From Bugula neritina (lineage: Eukaryota; Animalia; Bryozoa), in assembly GCA_964035545.1 (NCBI GenBank), contig OZ037765.1, positions 8,442,698 through 8,506,697 of the forward strand: a DNA stretch of 64,000 bases, written 5' to 3'. The notes below the pieces were generated by a model. That model was not told where the DNA came from and made no database searches. It saw nothing but the letters and a program-made list of their open reading frames with translations. A program made the position numbers and the translations under genes. The first letter of the stretch is position 1. Every line of letters starts with the position of its first letter. This document shows positions 46,455-64,000 of the stretch, piece after piece.

Positions 46455-46596
46455 TAATATGGTATGCCTTGTAGCACTGTAATTTAATTTTATCCTGCAA
46501 ACAATTATCTTGACTGATGATTATGTATATGTTTCAGGTGAATTTACCTTCAATTAACTTTATATTCTATATTTTACATAATAATTGTAGCTTCTC

Positions 46597-59942
<13,346 letters not shown>

Positions 59943-61862
59943 CACCTGCCTTGCATGTCTATTATTGGCCTCAGTATTGTACAGAGAAGTGTCATATTAA
60001 ATTCAAAGACTTTCTGTAAATTTAAATAATTGAACTTCTGTTGAGTGATCTGTTGGAAAGCATATTCTACACAACCTGCCTATTTTTACTTTTTCAAATG
60101 AATACCAAACTAAAAACTACTTATTCAGAACACTAGTTTTGAAAATTTATAATATGTAGGTAATTCGAAGTAAGGTTTTCTATTAATAACTATTATAATT
60201 GTATTGAATGATTTTTCTTCTAATTTGTTTTTCCCATGAATCTCTGTAATGGTTGGCTCCCAATTATAATGCAAGTCAGAAGAGGTAGTTGATGTCGTTT
60301 ATTAATACGTTAATTTTTCACTTTGCTAGCAGCTTTACCTTTGTCATGATGCCAGAGGGCTAAAATGTAGGGCTTTTCACTAGCGGATAATTCATGTTTG
60401 AAAATATTCTCCATCAGCATTAGCCCTAGTGAATTATTTTCCTTGCGCAAACATCGTGTATCCTTTTGATGCCTTAGCAAAACTGTTTATTGCTTTTTTC
60501 AGCTATAGCAGCAGCCGCTAGGGCATGAAAATAGCAAGTGTCAACTAATGCTATTTCCATTCCTTTGACTTTTTTTTAAATTATTTTGTAAGTAAACCTG
60601 AGAATAACTTCAAGTTTATGACTTCAGACTAAATGGGAACCAGCCATAAGTAATATGATTAAGTTTCATAAAACTTGTAGTAGAAATTTCAATTTTCAGT
60701 TGTTGGAAATACCAAATTAGTGTTTCAAAGTCATTAGCAGAAAGCACCATTTATTGTATCAAAGTCACGTTATACTCCAGTCATTTTCTGCATATCTTTT
60801 TATTTTAGTATGCAAATCTTTTGATTGTATAAAACCCATTTATTTTGTTCATATATTACAGTAGAATTGTACAGTACTTTTTGTTTTCCATAGCAATTTC
60901 TAAGTGTTATCCTACCATTTATGTTCAATGATGATGAGCAGCTATTATAATGCTTTGCTCATGCTATTGTACTAGTAACATGAATATCTAAATTGATAAC
61001 CATTTACAATATTTATTTCAAGTTAGATATTTGTATAGCTAGTTTTTACCTATTATATTTATTGTTATTTCTTCTGAAACAAATATAATTAAATGAATGA
61101 TTTGTTGACAAAATATCACATATTCCAATGGAAGTCATTTAGAGTTGATAAAAATATATTGTATCTAATAATATGCAATAATAACTTAGAGATAAAATGT
61201 GAGCATCACGGATTAATTTACATATTCAAAAATACAATTATCAATGCTGAAATTTAAACTTGGAAAAAACTATTACCTTGAGAATTATGCCACTTTGGTG
61301 AATAACCATAAAAGCGTGTTCACTACTTCAGTGGGTACATAACTCTTAAATGTGTAAGGCATAATTCAACAGAGCAGCGTTAACCTATGAATTTGCCACT
61401 AGATGGTGATAAATTCAACTAGGTTGAAGCTTGACTTTCTAAATCCCCATTGTGCATTTAGAAATGACTACTAAAAAGTGCATTTTACCTTAATTTCTAT
61501 CAGCTGAACAACTTGAATGTGGCATTATAGTTTATAAAATACTTTTTCAACAAGATAGTATTTTAATATTTAAGATAGAACAGAACCAAGTAATGTAATA
61601 GCTATGCCATTGCCATAGAAAAACAAAACTCTAACATTGAAGACTTGAGAGACATAGTTTGACTTGATTCTGCTAACAAGTTTAATGTGTAAATATATTA
61701 CAAAAATACCTGCTTTGAATATGAATTGCTATTTTAGGTCACCTCATGCAGGTGCAACTGTGTCTAAAGCACTTGACCCTATGCAGCATTCGTAATTAAG
61801 CAATTTTTAATAAATACCACAAAGAACATTATATATGTTACAAAATAAAATTTTTAGACTAT

Positions 61863-64000
61863 CTAAGAATTATCGAAATAGCGTTGTGTCTCTACCAGTT
61901 TTGTCATAGTCTTTATCTCAATAGGGTCAGTACCATAGTCGACCCTATCATTGAACGGACAGCTTTGGAGATGTGTCAATATATGTGGAGAGTCAGAAAA
62001 AATCCATTCTTGTGGGCTTTTGAATACTGTGCTAAAAGACCATACCTGTGGGAGAGTTTAGGAGTTAAAAATATAATAATTGTCTCAAGCATATAAAAGA
62101 ATACACATAAATAATATTATATGTCACACAGTTATAGGCAGGCAGGCAATCTTATGATAAAATATTGCATTTACAAGCATCTTAGTCACTTATTCCGTGG
62201 GTTTCTATTGTTGTATTTAAGCTAATTAGTAGGTATTTGATAAATTTGATTAAAATAAAAACATCGCCTTGTATATTTCAATTAGTTATCTTTACTCTAT
62301 GATTGAAAATGCCTTTGTCAACATAATAAATAATTGCAAGTGCCAAAAAAATGATAGTTTAAGGTGTGTTTTAGAATAAATTTTATCGTAAAATCACAGA
62401 CATAATATATGAGTAAAACCAACATGCTTTACTATTTATGATAATAGCTATTGGTAGTAAATCTTAGATCATGATTAAAATTTGAATTGCAATTTACACT
62501 TAAAAAAGTATGAAAGCTAATTTACAACCTCTTTTGCAGGAACCCAGGCACCGGCATCTGATTTTGTCCAATTGAGTATCACCATTCCCTTGTTTTTGAG
62601 GGCGTAGGAGCATTTAGTGCGCATTACCTAGTTGAACACAACAATAACAGAACCATATATTGGATACACAGTTTACATAATTAGTAACAAGGCCAACCTA
62701 ACTGAACCGTTTGCATATGACTGTTTAATACACCATTGGTACTAACTAACTCTATGGCAACATTAAGCCAGCACCAAAATTGGCTGCAATGGTATTGGGC
62801 AGTAGACTTGAACACCTATTTTTTCACATTGGTTTAAATTGAAAGAAAATAGACTAAATTAGATTAAGGTGCATTGAAATTAGACCCATTAGCCAGTATA
62901 CCATTTAAAAATACTTCCTTTTTTAAAAGAAATAATCCAAATGACAACAGAATCAACCAAATCAATATGTTTATCATAAATTGTACAAATACACAATGAT
63001 TTGCATAAAAAAAACACATATTAACTCAACTACAAAAATTGCTAATATTTACAAAGCTTATAAAATCTGATTGATTTGAACAGTGTCCTGCCAAGTACAG
63101 GTTGTGGCTATTTTATCACAATACAATTTTTGAACCCAAACTTTGGAAAATTAATCACCTGCATAATTGTTATTTTCAAAAATGGATTAGTTTGTATTGC
63201 TCCTTAAAGTATTAGGAATTTAACTCCTAAATATAAGGGGAATTCACTGTGTGCATTTGTCAATATCATAATAAATTCCAAGTTTATTAAAAACTTGATA
63301 CCCATATTACGGAACTAGGTGTAATACAAGTTAAAACTTATCATTGGCAAGGTATTCTGAGTAGATGTTAAAACAAACTATAGAATAGATATCTATGTTT
63401 ATTCTATCACCTTTGAAGTTAATGACAGGTTCCTCAAGCTTAAAGGGTCCATATACTCGAACAACAGAAGTAGCACATCAATAGGCAGATGGGAGAACAT
63501 ATCTTCTCCATCCTCACTTGATACAGCAATATCTAAAATATAGCTCATGTAGAAATTATGCTGATTAAATTAGTTTATCACCCTTGTAGATTATGTTTAT
63601 AAAAAATAACTTTTATCTATTAGAAATGATAGAAGCACACAACACCAGCTGAATTAGTGAGTTAAATGATCTTGGATATGAGTTAAAGATGTATTTAGTT
63701 GGGTACTGAAATTAATAATCTTTTTGAGTTTGGCTAGCATATAATCGTTATACTCAATCAAAAATGCATAGTCTATAAGGGCTGCAAAATGAAGTTTTTA
63801 GTTGCATTTTTCAGAGTTTTCATAAGCCATTTCCACAATACAAGTAATTAATTAAAAAAAACATATGAGAAACAGGGTATTTAGTAGGAAAAACAAAGAA
63901 ATCAACCAGTTAACTTTAAAATGCTGCAAGATTTCCAAATATGCTTTCAGAAAATATACAATTAGCAGAATAAAAACATTACCTTGTGCAGATCGCATGC
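61863..64000 (-). CDS. F-box protein FBXO30/FBXO40-like, last four exons (5' part off window)
   Basis: Exons 63983-64000, 63411-63532, 62529-62627 and 61863-62045 splice in frame to ...DMFSHLPIDVLLLLFEYMDPLSLRNLSLTSK|VMRTKCSYALKNKGMVILNW...|VWSFSTVFKSPQEWIF...THLQSCPFN...*. The F-box followed by GMVxLxW, VWxFST and HLxxCxF/Y motifs matches the FBXO30/40 C-terminus as I recall it. Confidence 0.88.

Noticed and set aside
61884-62096. 70-aa plus-strand ORF
   Set aside because: Antisense shadow of the last FBXO30/40-like exon; most plus-strand ORFs in 1-36000 are likewise shadows of dynein exons.

Overview
AT-rich, intron-dense animal genomic DNA (probably an invertebrate; the species cannot be determined from this window). 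Four main elements. (1) 1-35771, minus strand: an axonemal dynein heavy chain of about 65 exons, most like the outer-arm beta/DNAH9-11-17 type, running from its start codon into the stalk and off the left edge. Splicing the exons by hand shows that the primary ATPase site (AAA1) has lost its Walker A lysine, Walker B Asp-Glu, sensor-II arginine and the trans-acting AAA2 arginine finger. The AAA4 P-loop is also broken, while the reading frame stays open and AAA2/AAA3 P-loops are intact. This suggests a maintained, catalytically dead 'pseudo-motor' dynein with large Ser/Arg-rich and acidic insertions and microexons, which is the most interesting signal here. (2) 40173-45869, plus strand: a complete, very young Gmr1-type Ty3/Gypsy LTR retrotransposon with 559-bp LTRs, CAATG target-site duplication, tRNA-Pro-like PBS, PPT and one 1478-aa ORF in the unusual PR-IN-RT-RH order. 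(3) 46597-59942, plus strand: liprin-alpha, head-to-head with the dynein gene; the retrotransposon probably lies in its 5'UTR intron. (4) 61863-64000, minus strand: the 3' end of an FBXO30/FBXO40-like F-box gene, missed by the ORF track. Also present: MITEs, a tRNA-like element, micro/minisatellites and a candidate RFX (X-box) promoter flanked by palindromic TAC/GTA low-complexity DNA. All homology calls are from remembered family motifs, not database searches.
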